Shown here piece by piece: positions 1-9,150 of a stretch of 64,000 nt of DNA. The first letter of the stretch is position 1. The number at the start of each line of letters is the position of its first letter. The translations under genes and the position numbers were made by a program. Location: contig JALHDH010000006.1 in assembly GCA_022839105.1 (NCBI GenBank), positions 9,726-73,725 of the forward strand. The letters run 5' to 3'. The notes under the pieces were generated by a model, which was not told the DNA's origin, did not search any database, and saw only the letters and a program-made list of their open reading frames with translations. Origin of the DNA: a bacterium. GTDB lineage: Bacteria; Vulcanimicrobiota; Xenobia; Xenobiales; Xenobiaceae.

Positions 1-722
1 CGACGCTTTATTCCTGTCTGAACAAGCTCAACACGGGGACCACCAATATCCTGACCATCGAGGACCCGGTCGAGTACCAGTTGCCCGGCGTGAATCAGGT
101 CCAGGTGAACACCAAGGCGAACCTGACCTTTGCCTCGGCCTTGCGCTCCTTCCTGCGTCAGGACCCCGACATCATCATGGTCGGTGAGATCCGCGACCAG
201 GAGACCGCCCGTATCGCCGTCGAGGCGGCCCTGACCGGCCACCTGGTCCTGTCGACCCTGCACACCAATGACGCCGCCGGAGCGGTCTCACGACTCATCG
301 AGATGGGGGTTGAGCCCTTCCTGGTGGCCTCCTCGGTGATCGGGGTCCTGGGTCAGCGCCTGGCCCGAACCATCTGCCCGAACTGCAAGGAGTCCTATGC
401 TCCCACTCCGGAGGCCGTCAAGCGCTTCGGGCTGGCCATGTATTCGGATTCCGAGCTGAGCTTCTATCGTGGCCGGGGTTGCGACCACTGCAAGATGACG
501 GGATACCGTGGAAGGACCGGCATCCACGAGATCATGCCCATGACCGATCGGGTCCGTGGTCTGGTCCTCCATCGCAGTTCGACGGCCGAAATCAAGCAGG
601 CTGCGATGGAGGAGGGCATGCGCGTCATGCAGGACGACGGTGTGAACAAGGTCCTGGCCGGCGTCACCTCCATGGAGGAATGTCTCCGAGTGGTCTACGT
701 CGAAAGTTCCGGCGAGTGGTAG
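1..722 (+). CDS. pilB: Type IV pilus assembly ATPase PilB (GspE family), C-terminal part; 5' end lies outside the window
   Basis: The ORF is open to the window edge in frame 3; the ORF track starts it at internal Met 81. Translation from nt 3 gives [32 protein letters not shown]. It continues with [10 protein letters not shown] (Walker B/Asp box), [11 protein letters not shown] (His box) and the CPNC...CDHC tetracysteine motif typical of GspE/PilB ATPases. It sits directly upstream of pilT and pilC. Confidence 0.9.
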   Translation, partial: TLYSCLNKLNTGTTNILTIEDPVEYQLPGVNQVQVNTKANLTFASALRSFLRQDPDIIMVGEIRDQETARIAVEAALTGHLVLSTLHTNDAAGAVSRLIEMGVEPFLVASSVIGVLGQRLARTICPNCKESYAPTPEAVKRFGLAMYSDSELSFYRGRGCDHCKMTGYRGRTGIHEIMPMTDRVRGLVLHRSSTAEIKQAAMEEGMRVMQDDGVNKVLAGVTSMEECLRVVYVESSGEW

Positions 723-832
723 TCCTTCTCAAGCCCGGTCCGCGGACCGGATCCGATTGACCCAGCCGCCTGGTCCTCCGCTCGAATCGGAAGGCCGGGT
801 GGGTGGGTTCCACGCTGTCTGGAGGTTATACG

Positions 833-1924
833 ATGGCCCTGCCTCAACCGCTTCGATACACCATGGACGACCTGCTCAAGAGTACGGTCGAACGCGGCGC
901 CTCGGATCTTCACCTGACGGTGGGTCTGTCGCCGATCTTGCGGATCAGCGGGCGGTTGACGCCGACCGAGTACCCCCGGCTTGGTCCGGACGACACCAAG
1001 AGACTGATCTACAGCATCCTCAATGACAAGCAGAAGGAGAAGTTCGAGAAGACCTGGGAGCTGGACTGCTCGCATGGAGTGCGCGGCTTCGGCCGTTTCC
1101 GGGTGAACGTCTTCCGTCAGCGGGGCGTGGTCGGGGCCACCTTGCGGGCCATCCCCAGCTCCATCCCCACCCGCCAGGAGCTGAATCTCCCGCAGGTCAT
1201 CGAGGAGATGGTCTATCGTCCCCATGGCCTGATCCTGGTCACCGGGGCCACCGGTCAGGGCAAGTCCACGTCCCTGGCCTGCATGCTGGACCTGATCAAC
1301 TCCGAGAAGACCTACCATATCCTCACGATCGAGGACCCCATCGAATACATCCACCCTCACAAGAAGTCCATGGTCAATCAGAGGGAACTGGGCCAGGACA
1401 CCCAGGGATGGTTGCACGCCCTGCGTTCGGCCCTCCGCGAGGACCCGGACGTGATCCTGGTCGGCGAGATGCGCGATCTCGAGACCATTTCGGGAACCCT
1501 GACTGCGGCCGAGACGGGCCATCTGGTCTTCTCGACCCTGCACACTTCGGATGCCTCCCAGACGGTCGACCGCATCGTCGATGTCTTCCCGCCTCATCAG
1601 CAACAGCAGATTCGCATCCAGTTGGCAGCGGTGCTCGAGGCTGTCTTCTCCCAGCAGTTGATTCCCCACGCCTCGGGCGTGGGCCGGGTTCCTGCCATCG
1701 AGGTCATGATCGCGACCTCAGCGGTTCGCAACCTGATCCGCGAGGGCAAGAGCCACCAGATCTATAATGCGATCCAGACCGGATCCAAGCACGGGATGCA
1801 GACCATGGAGCAATCGCTTCTGGATCTGTATACGAACAAGCAGATCACCTTGGAAGATGCCCTGAACCACACGATGCATCCTGAGGATCTCCGTCGGATG
1901 ATCGAAGGCCAGGGTCGCAAGTAG
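833..1924 (+). CDS. pilT: Twitching-motility (retraction) ATPase PilT
   Basis: Motifs seen: GASDLHL, Walker A GATGQGKST, ILTIEDPIEY, VILVGEMRD, LVFSTLHTSDA and a C-terminal AVRNLIREGK motif. ATG 833 is preceded by GGAGG (821-825). GTG 803 from the ORF track is an alternative start. Confidence 0.9.
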   Translation: MALPQPLRYTMDDLLKSTVERGASDLHLTVGLSPILRISGRLTPTEYPRLGPDDTKRLIYSILNDKQKEKFEKTWELDCSHGVRGFGRFRVNVFRQRGVVGATLRAIPSSIPTRQELNLPQVIEEMVYRPHGLILVTGATGQGKSTSLACMLDLINSEKTYHILTIEDPIEYIHPHKKSMVNQRELGQDTQGWLHALRSALREDPDVILVGEMRDLETISGTLTAAETGHLVFSTLHTSDASQTVDRIVDVFPPHQQQQIRIQLAAVLEAVFSQQLIPHASGVGRVPAIEVMIATSAVRNLIREGKSHQIYNAIQTGSKHGMQTMEQSLLDLYTNKQITLEDALNHTMHPEDLRRMIEGQGRK

Positions 1925-2085
1925 GCGGATTCGATCCAAGTTCACCGGGGTAGGAAGAGGAGGAACGGCCTTCCTTCTGGAAGACCCCGCAGGTAGACCA
2001 GGAATGTGCGGGCGCCCTGGGAATGATCAGCGCCCTTGGGCTGCGGAAGATCCGCAGCCGTGAAGTTCAACAGGAGGTGGTTTCG

Positions 2086-2151
2086 ATGAGCGTTCTGTGG
2101 TGGCTCCTGCCCATGGCAATCATCATTGTCGGCACCCTGTCCAAGATCTGA
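2086..2151 (+). CDS. 21-aa hydrophobic micro-ORF (MSVLWWLLPMAIIIVGTLSKI), hypothetical small membrane peptide
   Basis: ATG 2086 lies 8 nt after AGGAGG (2072-2077). The 21 codons could form one TM helix. It sits between pilT and pilC and is below the ORF-track size cut-off. It is too short for codon statistics. Confidence 0.3.
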   Translation: MSVLWWLLPMAIIIVGTLSKI

Positions 2152-2191
2152 GATCCCGGTCGGGTCAAGCCGCGAAGGAGGTTGGGGTCGG

Positions 2192-3418
2192 ATGCCCGTC
2201 TTTGTCTACGAAGCCCGTGATTCTTCCGGGCAATTGAAGAAGGACAAGATCGACGCTCCGAACATGCGGATGGCGACTCAACGTCTGCAAGAGCAGAAGA
2301 TGACCGTCATCAACATCAAGGAACAGTCTGGCGGCGTGGCCCAGGCAGATGTCCTGGGCTGGTATCAGAAGTTCAAGAAGGTCAACGAACAGGCCTTGAC
2401 CGTCTTCAGCCGTCAGTTCGCGACGATGATCAACGCCGGTCTGGCGATGGTCCGCTGCCTGGACATCTTGTCAGAGCAGACCGAGGACAAGAAGCTTCAG
2501 CAGACCTTGATCCAGGTCCGCCGGGACGTCGAGGGCGGTTCGACCCTTTCGAACGCCCTGTCCAAGCACCCCACCGTCTTCTCGACCTTGTATACCAGCA
2601 TGGTCAAGGCGGGGGAGATGGGCGGCGTGCTCGATGAGGTCCTGGAACGCCTGGCCGGGTTCATGGAGAAGGACTACGCCCTCAAGAAGAAGGTCAAGTC
2701 CGCATTGACCTACCCGGTCGTCATCCTGATCATGGCGCTCGGGATCGTCTTCTTCCTTGTGACCTACATTCTGCCGACCTTCGTCACCCTCTTCGAGGGG
2801 ATGAACCTGGAATTGCCTCTGCCGACCCGGGTCCTGATCGGCACCACCAAGGCGATCCGCAACCCGGTGATCCTGATTCCCCTGATTGCGCTCGGCGTGG
2901 TCGGAGGGGTCTTCGTCAACCGCTACATCAGCACCCCGTTGGGCAAGAAGCAGTATGACCTCTTGAAGCTGAATGTTCCGGTGTTCGGCCTCCTGAACAA
3001 GAAGGTCGCCATTTCGCGCTTCTGCCGCACCTTGGGGACCCTGCTCTCCTCGGGCGTGCCCATCATGCAGGCTCTCGAGATTGTGGGCAAGGCCTCGGGC
3101 AACGAGATCATCGCCCTGACGGTCGGCAAGATCCGGGAGAGCATCCGGGAAGGTGAGAGCATCGCTTCGCCGCTCGGAGCGTCGGGGATGTTCCCCCCCA
3201 TGGTCACCCAGATGGTGGCCGTCGGGGAGGAAACCGGAAACCTCGACGCGATGCTCTCGAAGATCTCCGACTTCTACGACACCGAGGTGGAGTATCTGCT
3301 GAGCTCGCTGACCTCGATGCTGGAACCCATCATGATCGTGGGGATGGGCGGCATCGTCGGCTTCATCGTGGTCTCGGTGTTCCTTCCGCTCTACCAGCTC
3401 ATCGGCAACATGGCCTGA
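2192..3418 (+). CDS. pilC: Type IV pilus inner-membrane platform protein PilC (GspF family)
   Basis: Two GspF-type repeats with hydrophobic segments (ALTYPVVILIMALGIVFFLVTYILPTF; IVGFIVVSVFLPLYQLIGNM) and a VAVGEETGNLDAML motif. ATG 2192 follows GAAGGAGG (2174-2181). The ORF-track start at 2126 lies upstream of this RBS. Confidence 0.9.
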   Translation: MPVFVYEARDSSGQLKKDKIDAPNMRMATQRLQEQKMTVINIKEQSGGVAQADVLGWYQKFKKVNEQALTVFSRQFATMINAGLAMVRCLDILSEQTEDKKLQQTLIQVRRDVEGGSTLSNALSKHPTVFSTLYTSMVKAGEMGGVLDEVLERLAGFMEKDYALKKKVKSALTYPVVILIMALGIVFFLVTYILPTFVTLFEGMNLELPLPTRVLIGTTKAIRNPVILIPLIALGVVGGVFVNRYISTPLGKKQYDLLKLNVPVFGLLNKKVAISRFCRTLGTLLSSGVPIMQALEIVGKASGNEIIALTVGKIRESIREGESIASPLGASGMFPPMVTQMVAVGEETGNLDAMLSKISDFYDTEVEYLLSSLTSMLEPIMIVGMGGIVGFIVVSVFLPLYQLIGNMA

Positions 3419-3436
3419 AGGCCTGGCCGCTCGCTC

Positions 3437-3470
3437 GAAAGAGCCTCTCCCGGAAGGGGGGGGCTCTTTC
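3437..3470 (+). terminator. Stem-loop after pilC (putative intrinsic terminator)
   Basis: GAAAGAGCCTCTCCC-GGAA-GGGGGGGGCTCTTTC forms a 15-bp stem (two G-U pairs) with a GGAA loop. It is followed by ATTGTT and starts 19 nt after the pilC stop. Confidence 0.5.
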
Positions 3471-3736
3471 ATTGTTCAGGCTCCCCCCGAGGTGGGCAGG
3501 ATAGGTCGAAAGGATGAGTTCCTCGAGCAGCTCGTGAGGATGCTTTCCTTCAATGGCCAGGAATCCACAGGTTCCTCAGTTGTAGCCTGTTCTGGCTAGT
3601 GTGCTTCACTGCCGGAGAATAGTTCGCTCGGACGGTATCCTCTGGCGTCGGCCCCGGACTAGAATGTCATAGCAGGAACAAGCGGCTATCCGCAGAACCT
3701 GACTCCACCCAAGTCCAGGAAGGAGACGAAACTAGA

Positions 3737-4165
3737 ATGATGACTCGTCTGGTCCGTCGCAAGAAGTCTGGTGGCTTCACCCTGATCGAGCTGATGATCG
3801 TGATCGCCATTATCGCGATCCTCGCTGCCATCCTCGTTCCTAACTTCATCCGCGCTCGCGCTCAGGGTCAGTTCACCGCCTGCAAGTCCAACCTGAAGAA
3901 CATCGCCACCGCTCTGGAGATGTACTCCACCGATGCGCAGGGTCGCTATCCGAGCACTCTGTCTGCCCTCGAGGAGCAGCAGCGCTACCTGCGCACCATC
4001 CCGACCTGCGCCTCCGCCGGTGAAGACACCTACACCGACGCCTACACCGCCGCTTCCAACCCCGACCGTTATACCGTGTATTGCACCGGGACCAACCACT
4101 CTGCGGTCGATGCTCCCCAGAACTACCCGCAGTACAACTCGGTTGCCGGTCTGCTCGAGAAGTAG
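3737..4165 (+). CDS. pilA: Type IV pilin (likely major pilin), prepilin-type N-terminal cleavage/methylation domain
   Basis: Class III signal MMTRLVRRKKSGG|FTLIELMIVIAIIAILAAILVPNF with G-1, F+1 and E+5. The protein is 142 aa. The gene has its own upstream non-coding region (318 nt), its own RBS and a strong downstream terminator. Confidence 0.9.
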   Translation: MMTRLVRRKKSGGFTLIELMIVIAIIAILAAILVPNFIRARAQGQFTACKSNLKNIATALEMYSTDAQGRYPSTLSALEEQQRYLRTIPTCASAGEDTYTDAYTAASNPDRYTVYCTGTNHSAVDAPQNYPQYNSVAGLLEK

Positions 4166-4189
4166 TCTCGCGTAGCTCCGCTTCCCCTC

Positions 4190-4214
4190 AAAGGGGCGCC
4201 TCGGCGCCCCTTTT
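4190..4214 (+). terminator. Rho-independent terminator after pilA
   Basis: AAAGGGGCGCC-tc-GGCGCCCCTTT is a perfect GC-rich inverted repeat running into TTTT (4211-4214). It starts 25 nt after the pilA stop. Confidence 0.7.
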
Positions 4215-4298
4215 CGATTGTACAGGGATCCCGGAACTGCTGCGAAGCTCTCTCCTGCAGGGCTTCCTGGCCTTTCCCTGGAATCGGCCTCAGCCCTC

Positions 4299-6170
4299 AT
4301 GACCCTCGAGACCTGTCGGAAGTCCACCCGGATGGCCGCCATCGCCACCGTGCTGATGGGGGTTGCGGCGTTGGGGATGCCCCGGATTCCTTCGGCCGAT
4401 ACCTGGTGGCATCTGGCAGCGGGTCGACTCCTCGTGGAGTCCCGACAGTGGGCGCTGGAGGATCCCTTCAGCTTTGGACCTGGTCGCGGGGACTGGCTGA
4501 ACCACGAGTGGTTGGCCGAGATCCTCTTCTATCTGCTGCACCAGGCTGCAGGGTTGGACGGGGTCTTCATGCTTCGCACCCTGATCGTGGTCCTGGCCTT
4601 CGCCATCCTTCCGATGTGGGCTGCCCGCCGGGCCGGGGCCTCGATCCCCGGGGCGGGAGCCGCGATCCTGGGATGCGCAGCGGCTGCGGAGGGGTGGGCC
4701 TTCTTTGATGCCAGGGCCTACCTCTTCACCTATCTGGGACTGGCTGGAACCCTCTTCCTGGCAAGCGAGGCCCTGCGCAGGGAGGACTGGCGCCTTCTTC
4801 TGCCCCTTCCCGGTGTGACGGTTCTCTGGGCCAACTGCCACGGCGGGTTCATCCTGGGCCCGCTGCTTCTCTTCGTCGCGGCCTTGGGGTGTCTTCTGCC
4901 TCCCCGTTCGCCTCGGCTGGCATGGGGCTTCGTCCTGGTGGGCGCGGGGACTCTGGCCCTGTGCGCCGTCGCCACCCCGTTCGGGCCCGAGATCCTGGGA
5001 TTCCCGTTCAGCCTGATCCATCGGAGCGCCTTCACCCTGGGCCTCAACGAGTGGGCTCGGCCAGACCTTTCCAGGCAGCCGGCCTTCCTGGCCCTCATGG
5101 CGGTGGCGTTCCTGCTGGGGCGGCGGACGGGATGGCCCCAACGCCTGTGGCTGGCAGCCTTCCTGTCGGCCGGGCTTCTGGCCTGGCGCCACGCACCATT
5201 GGGAGCCCTGGTGTCCGCCTTCGTCCTGCCCGCTTCCTGGCCAGGATCGGCTTTCGGGCGCTCTCGGTGGGGCGTCTGGTTGGCCTTTGTGGCCTGGACC
5301 CTGGCTGTTCCGCTTTCGGCCTCCTTCCTGCACGAGCGTTTCGTCGGAGGGGCTTCGGAGTGGACCATGTTGCGGACCCATTTCCCTGTGGCTGCGGCGG
5401 ATTTTCTGCGAGCCAATCCCGGGTTGCCTCGTGATCTCTACAACCCTTATGAGTGGGGGGGGTACCTCGAATGGACGGTCTGGCCCAAGCACCGGGTCTT
5501 CATCGACGGCCGGGCCAACACCGTGTACTCGCAGAAGAGATACGCCGAGGCGCTGGCCGTGCAGTTCGGAGAGCCCTGGGGGCGTTCCCTGCAACGGGCG
5601 GGGCTCGGCGGCCTCCTGGCCGACTCAGGGGACTGGGAAGAGATCCTCGATCGGCACGGCATCCGCCTGGCGGTCTGCACGCGCCTGCAGGGAGACCTGG
5701 TGGACCGGATGAGCCGTTCCTCCAGGTGGTTCGAGGTCTACCGGGATCCTCTGGCCGTGGTCTATCTGAGGGCTGAACCCGGACTTCGCCGACTCGCTCA
5801 GGGCCTGGTCCATCCCGACTCGCAGTGGACGCTCTTCGAGCGCGCGCAGCAGAGTCTGCGCGACGGCCAGGAACCGGAGGCCCTCGAGCGGGTCTCCCAG
5901 GCCCTGAACCTGGACCCGAACTGGCCGCAGGCCCTGGTCCTGCGGGGGATCATGCGCCTTCGCGCCGGTCTGGAGGCCCAGGGAGAAGGCGATCTTCGGG
6001 CGGCCCTCGCCCGGGACCCCGCAGTCCCCGAGGCCCATTTCAACCTGGCCGTGCTGGCCTGGAATCGTGGGGAGCGGGCCAAGGCGGTCCGGGAACTCCG
6101 CCACGAGCTGTCCGTGAACCCCACGCACGCCCCGGCGCGATCCCTGCTCGAGGAACTCCTGGCCAGGTAG
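4299..6170 (+). CDS. Polytopic membrane protein with C-terminal TPR domain (candidate periplasm-facing transferase; function unknown)
   Basis: Many hydrophobic segments span the first ~400 aa (DTWWHLAAGRLL, NHEWLAEILFYLL, etc.). C-terminal TPR-like repeats follow (ALNLDPNWPQALVLRG, ALARDPAVPEAHFNLAVLAW, ELSVNPTHAPA). The start is uncertain: ATG 4299 or ATG 4332. TTG 4218 from the ORF track abuts the pilA terminator. Confidence 0.6.
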   Translation: MTLETCRKSTRMAAIATVLMGVAALGMPRIPSADTWWHLAAGRLLVESRQWALEDPFSFGPGRGDWLNHEWLAEILFYLLHQAAGLDGVFMLRTLIVVLAFAILPMWAARRAGASIPGAGAAILGCAAAAEGWAFFDARAYLFTYLGLAGTLFLASEALRREDWRLLLPLPGVTVLWANCHGGFILGPLLLFVAALGCLLPPRSPRLAWGFVLVGAGTLALCAVATPFGPEILGFPFSLIHRSAFTLGLNEWARPDLSRQPAFLALMAVAFLLGRRTGWPQRLWLAAFLSAGLLAWRHAPLGALVSAFVLPASWPGSAFGRSRWGVWLAFVAWTLAVPLSASFLHERFVGGASEWTMLRTHFPVAAADFLRANPGLPRDLYNPYEWGGYLEWTVWPKHRVFIDGRANTVYSQKRYAEALAVQFGEPWGRSLQRAGLGGLLADSGDWEEILDRHGIRLAVCTRLQGDLVDRMSRSSRWFEVYRDPLAVVYLRAEPGLRRLAQGLVHPDSQWTLFERAQQSLRDGQEPEALERVSQALNLDPNWPQALVLRGIMRLRAGLEAQGEGDLRAALARDPAVPEAHFNLAVLAWNRGERAKAVRELRHELSVNPTHAPARSLLEELLAR

Positions 6171-6221
6171 CACGCTCCTGGCGCTAGAGGGGCTGGCTCC
6201 CAATCGTCGAACCGCCGCCCG

Positions 6222-7073
6222 GTGTTTGACAACCTGCTCACCCCCACGCCCCTCAGCCTGTTCCTCGTATTCCTCTATGGGAGCCTCTTCGGCAGCTTCC
6301 TGAACGTGGTGATCTATCGGATGCCCCTGGAGCGATCCATCGTGGCTCCGGGGTCGGCGTGCGGGACCTGTGGAACCCCGTTGTCCTGGTGGCAGAACAT
6401 CCCGATCCTGTCTTATCTCCTGCTGGAAGGCCGTTGCCATGCCTGCGGCTCTCGCTACTCGATCCGCTATGCCGCGATCGAGGCCTTGACCGGGGCCGCT
6501 GCCGCCCTGATCCTGTGGCATCACGGCGGGATCGGGATGCCCTTCCTGCTCCATTTCGTGTTCTTCTGCTTCCTGGTTGCAGTCTTCTTCATGGATCTGG
6601 ACCACTGGATCATCCTCGATGAGGTCTCCTTGACCGGGGTGGCGGTCGGGCTCGTCGGCTCGGCCTTCATGCCCCTTCGCGGCGACATGCTGGTGGCCGG
6701 TCTGCATCCCTCGCTCCAGAATCTCGCCTCTTCGGTTCTGGGCCTGCTCCTGGGTGTCGCTTTCTTCTGGAGCGTGCAGGTGATCGGGACCCTCCTGGCT
6801 CGCCAGGAGGCCCTGGGGACGGGTGATATCAAGTTGGCCGCAATGATGGGCGCCTTTCTGGGATGGCAGATGGGCCTGGTCGCCTATCTCCTGAGCTTCA
6901 TCCTGGGAGCGTTGGTGGCGGTGCCGATGATGGTTCTGCGCCGCAGGCGGGGAAAGGATCCCGTGCCTCTCGGAACGTTCATGGCCGTGGCGGCCTTCCT
7001 CACGGCCCTGTGGGGAGACCGGATCTTCGAATTCTTCCTGGTCTGGCCCGAGCATCTGTACCCGCTTCTCTGA
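6222..7073 (+). CDS. pilD: Prepilin peptidase / N-methyltransferase PilD (peptidase A24)
   Basis: FGSFLNVVIYRMP and CGTCGTPLSWWQNIPILSYLLLEGRCHACG (Cys-pair zinc motif) are present. The two catalytic Asp contexts FFMDLDHW and GTGDIKLAAMMGAFLG are also present. GTG start. Confidence 0.9.
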   Translation: MFDNLLTPTPLSLFLVFLYGSLFGSFLNVVIYRMPLERSIVAPGSACGTCGTPLSWWQNIPILSYLLLEGRCHACGSRYSIRYAAIEALTGAAAALILWHHGGIGMPFLLHFVFFCFLVAVFFMDLDHWIILDEVSLTGVAVGLVGSAFMPLRGDMLVAGLHPSLQNLASSVLGLLLGVAFFWSVQVIGTLLARQEALGTGDIKLAAMMGAFLGWQMGLVAYLLSFILGALVAVPMMVLRRRRGKDPVPLGTFMAVAAFLTALWGDRIFEFFLVWPEHLYPLL

Positions 7074-7192
7074 TTCCATGGCCCTCAGGTCGCCCAGGAT
7101 CTTTCCTCGCCAGGAGGCATGCTTGTCGGACCTCGCGAAGGGTGAAAGGGCAATCCATCGGGACTGGAGAGGCGGAGAGTGGGGTGAGAGAA

Positions 7193-7594
7193 ATGCGTAG
7201 ACTCAGACGGTCTGGTTTCACCTTGATCGAAGTGATGGTGGTCATTGTCATCGTCGGCATCCTCCTGGCATTGTTGCTGCCCAACCTGGTGCGCTCCAAG
7301 CATCAGGGGCAACTGGCTTCCTGCGAGCACTCCCTGCGCGCCATGGCGTCTGCGATGGAGAACTACAACGCCCAGAACAAGCGCTATCCTGATTCCCTGG
7401 CACGACTGACCCAGGCAAATTACGTCCAGAGGGTCGTCTGCCCGACCAATCAGGCGGAGTATGGGCTGGACGTCACCGCTGAGGCCAAGGACTACACTTT
7501 GTATTGTAATGGCATCCACCATCTGGTTCTCGGAGAGATCGTCGGAACCGGCTATCCTCAGTATTCCGGGGCCGCCGGCCTGTTCCGCAAGTAG
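7193..7594 (+). CDS. Second type IV pilin / pilin-like protein (paralog of pilA)
   Basis: MRRLRRSG|FTLIEVMVVIVIVGILLALLLPNL is the class III signal. It shares with pilA three Cys positions and the C-terminal YT[VL]YC.G..H....YPQY[NS]..AGL motif. ATG 7193 follows GGAGAG; the longer ORF-track ORF from 6863 overlaps pilD out of frame. Confidence 0.85.
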   Translation: MRRLRRSGFTLIEVMVVIVIVGILLALLLPNLVRSKHQGQLASCEHSLRAMASAMENYNAQNKRYPDSLARLTQANYVQRVVCPTNQAEYGLDVTAEAKDYTLYCNGIHHLVLGEIVGTGYPQYSGAAGLFRK

Positions 7595-7990
7595 TGTGGA
7601 TGCGGAGGCCTGGTCTTGCCACCGCTCTTCAGTTCTTTCTCCGAGGCCCTGCAGGACCGATGGGTGGAACCGACGAGGGACCGAACACAAGGCCCTCCTG
7701 CATGCCATGAAAAGTCCCTCTTTTCGGGAGTCTTGGTGTTCGAACAAGCCCGCCGGGGGGCGAAAGGGTTTTCATCCGAGGGCTCGAAAGACCGGATCTC
7801 GTAAGGCACCATGAGATTTTTCAAGTCCTGGCGTTGTGGAGGTTGTAAATCAGGATGGTGGCCGGTCGTGGCTCACCCCGGTCCTTCCGAAGAAGGGCCG
7901 GCCGGGAGCTGGGGGCGGTTTTCAGAAAGGGCAGGCCGGAAGTCTTCACCGGGCCTGTTCAATCGCAGGAGAGGAGGTGAACCCAGGTAG

Positions 7991-9091
7991 ATGAATATCC
8001 TGAAACGTTGGTTCGGGCACAAGGAAGAGGTTGCCGGTCTTGATATCGGCAGCAGCACGATCAAGATCGCACAGGTCACCAAGACCCCCAGCGGCTATGC
8101 CTATTCGCGATTCGCCTCGTGTCCGACCCCTCCCATGACGATCAAGGACGGTTCCATCGTCGATGCCCGGGCCCTGGGTGAGACGATTCATCAGTTGATC
8201 CAGAGCCAGGGTATCACGGCAACCCGGATGGTCAGTGCGGTCTCCGGGCAATCGGTGGTCATCCGCCCGATCAGCATGACCCAGATGACCGAGCGGGAGT
8301 TGCAGCACGCCATCAAGTTCGAGGCCGAGCGCTACCTGCCTTATTCGGTTGCAGAGGCCCAGATCACGGGCCGGATCCTCCCAGGCAGCCAGGAGGGGGA
8401 GGACAAGATGATGGAGGTCCTCCTGGTCGCGGCTCCCAATGAGATGGTCAAGAACAGCCGCGAGGTCGTCACCCTGGCCCAGGCCACGGCAGATGCCATC
8501 GACCTCGAGCCGTTTGCTCTTCTCCGGGCACTGAGCCGCGGGATGGAACCCGAGGCGCTTCGTCAGACCATCGCCCTGATCAACCTGGGGGCTTCCTCCA
8601 GCAGCATCAACATCTTCCACGATGGGACGTTGCGTCACAATCGCACCATCACCGTGGCCGGGAACAATTTCACCAAGGCGATCGGGCAATCCCTGAATCT
8701 CTCCTTCGAAGAAGCCGAGAAAATCAAGAAGGAGAAAGGCGTGATCCGCGTCGAGAAGGATGCCACCCCGGTGGCTCCGACCACGATGCGGATCTTCAAC
8801 GTCATCATCCCGGTGCTGACGGAACTGGTGACGGAGATTCAGCGCTCTTTTGATTATTATCGAAACCGTTTCAAGGGCGAGTCGGTGGATCTGGTCGTGC
8901 TGTCCGGTGGGACAGCCAAGTTCAAGAACATCGATGTCTTCATCTCCAGCGAGTTGAGCATCGATTGCCAGATCGCCAACCCCTTCCGCAACATCTCCAT
9001 CCAGAATGTTCAGGGAATCTCGCCTGACGATCTTGAGGCTCTGGCGCCGATGGCCATGGTGGTGACCGGGCTGGCGCTTCGAAGTGAATAA
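7991..9091 (+). CDS. pilM: Type IV pilus assembly protein PilM (actin-like ATPase fold)
   Basis: GLDIGSSTIKIAQV, LINLGASSSSINIF and VLSGGTAKF are present. A strong RBS GGAGAGGAGG precedes the start. The gene is followed by pilN-O-P-Q. Confidence 0.9.
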   Translation: MNILKRWFGHKEEVAGLDIGSSTIKIAQVTKTPSGYAYSRFASCPTPPMTIKDGSIVDARALGETIHQLIQSQGITATRMVSAVSGQSVVIRPISMTQMTERELQHAIKFEAERYLPYSVAEAQITGRILPGSQEGEDKMMEVLLVAAPNEMVKNSREVVTLAQATADAIDLEPFALLRALSRGMEPEALRQTIALINLGASSSSINIFHDGTLRHNRTITVAGNNFTKAIGQSLNLSFEEAEKIKKEKGVIRVEKDATPVAPTTMRIFNVIIPVLTELVTEIQRSFDYYRNRFKGESVDLVVLSGGTAKFKNIDVFISSELSIDCQIANPFRNISIQNVQGISPDDLEALAPMAMVVTGLALRSE

Positions 9092-9150
9092 GGAGGTTCC
9101 GTGCGCATCCTGAGTAACTCGAACCACCCCACGGTCCAGGAGGAGGTGCC

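Noticed and set aside
3593-3607. Possible sigma54 (-24/-12) promoter upstream of pilA: TGGCTAGTGTGCTTC
   Set aside because: The GG element is present. At the correct 12-nt offset, however, the -12 position reads TTC rather than TGC, and the GC that does occur is too close. I found no PilR/PilS genes in the window. This is not enough to call.
7811-7978. 55-codon ORF MRFFKSWRCGGCKSGWW..., considered as a Cys-containing RiPP precursor for the radical SAM enzymes
   Set aside because: Third-codon positions are mixed A/T/G/C, unlike every confident gene here. No RBS is present. It lies 30 kb from the nearest radical SAM gene and overlaps predicted RNA hairpins. It is treated as non-coding leader sequence.
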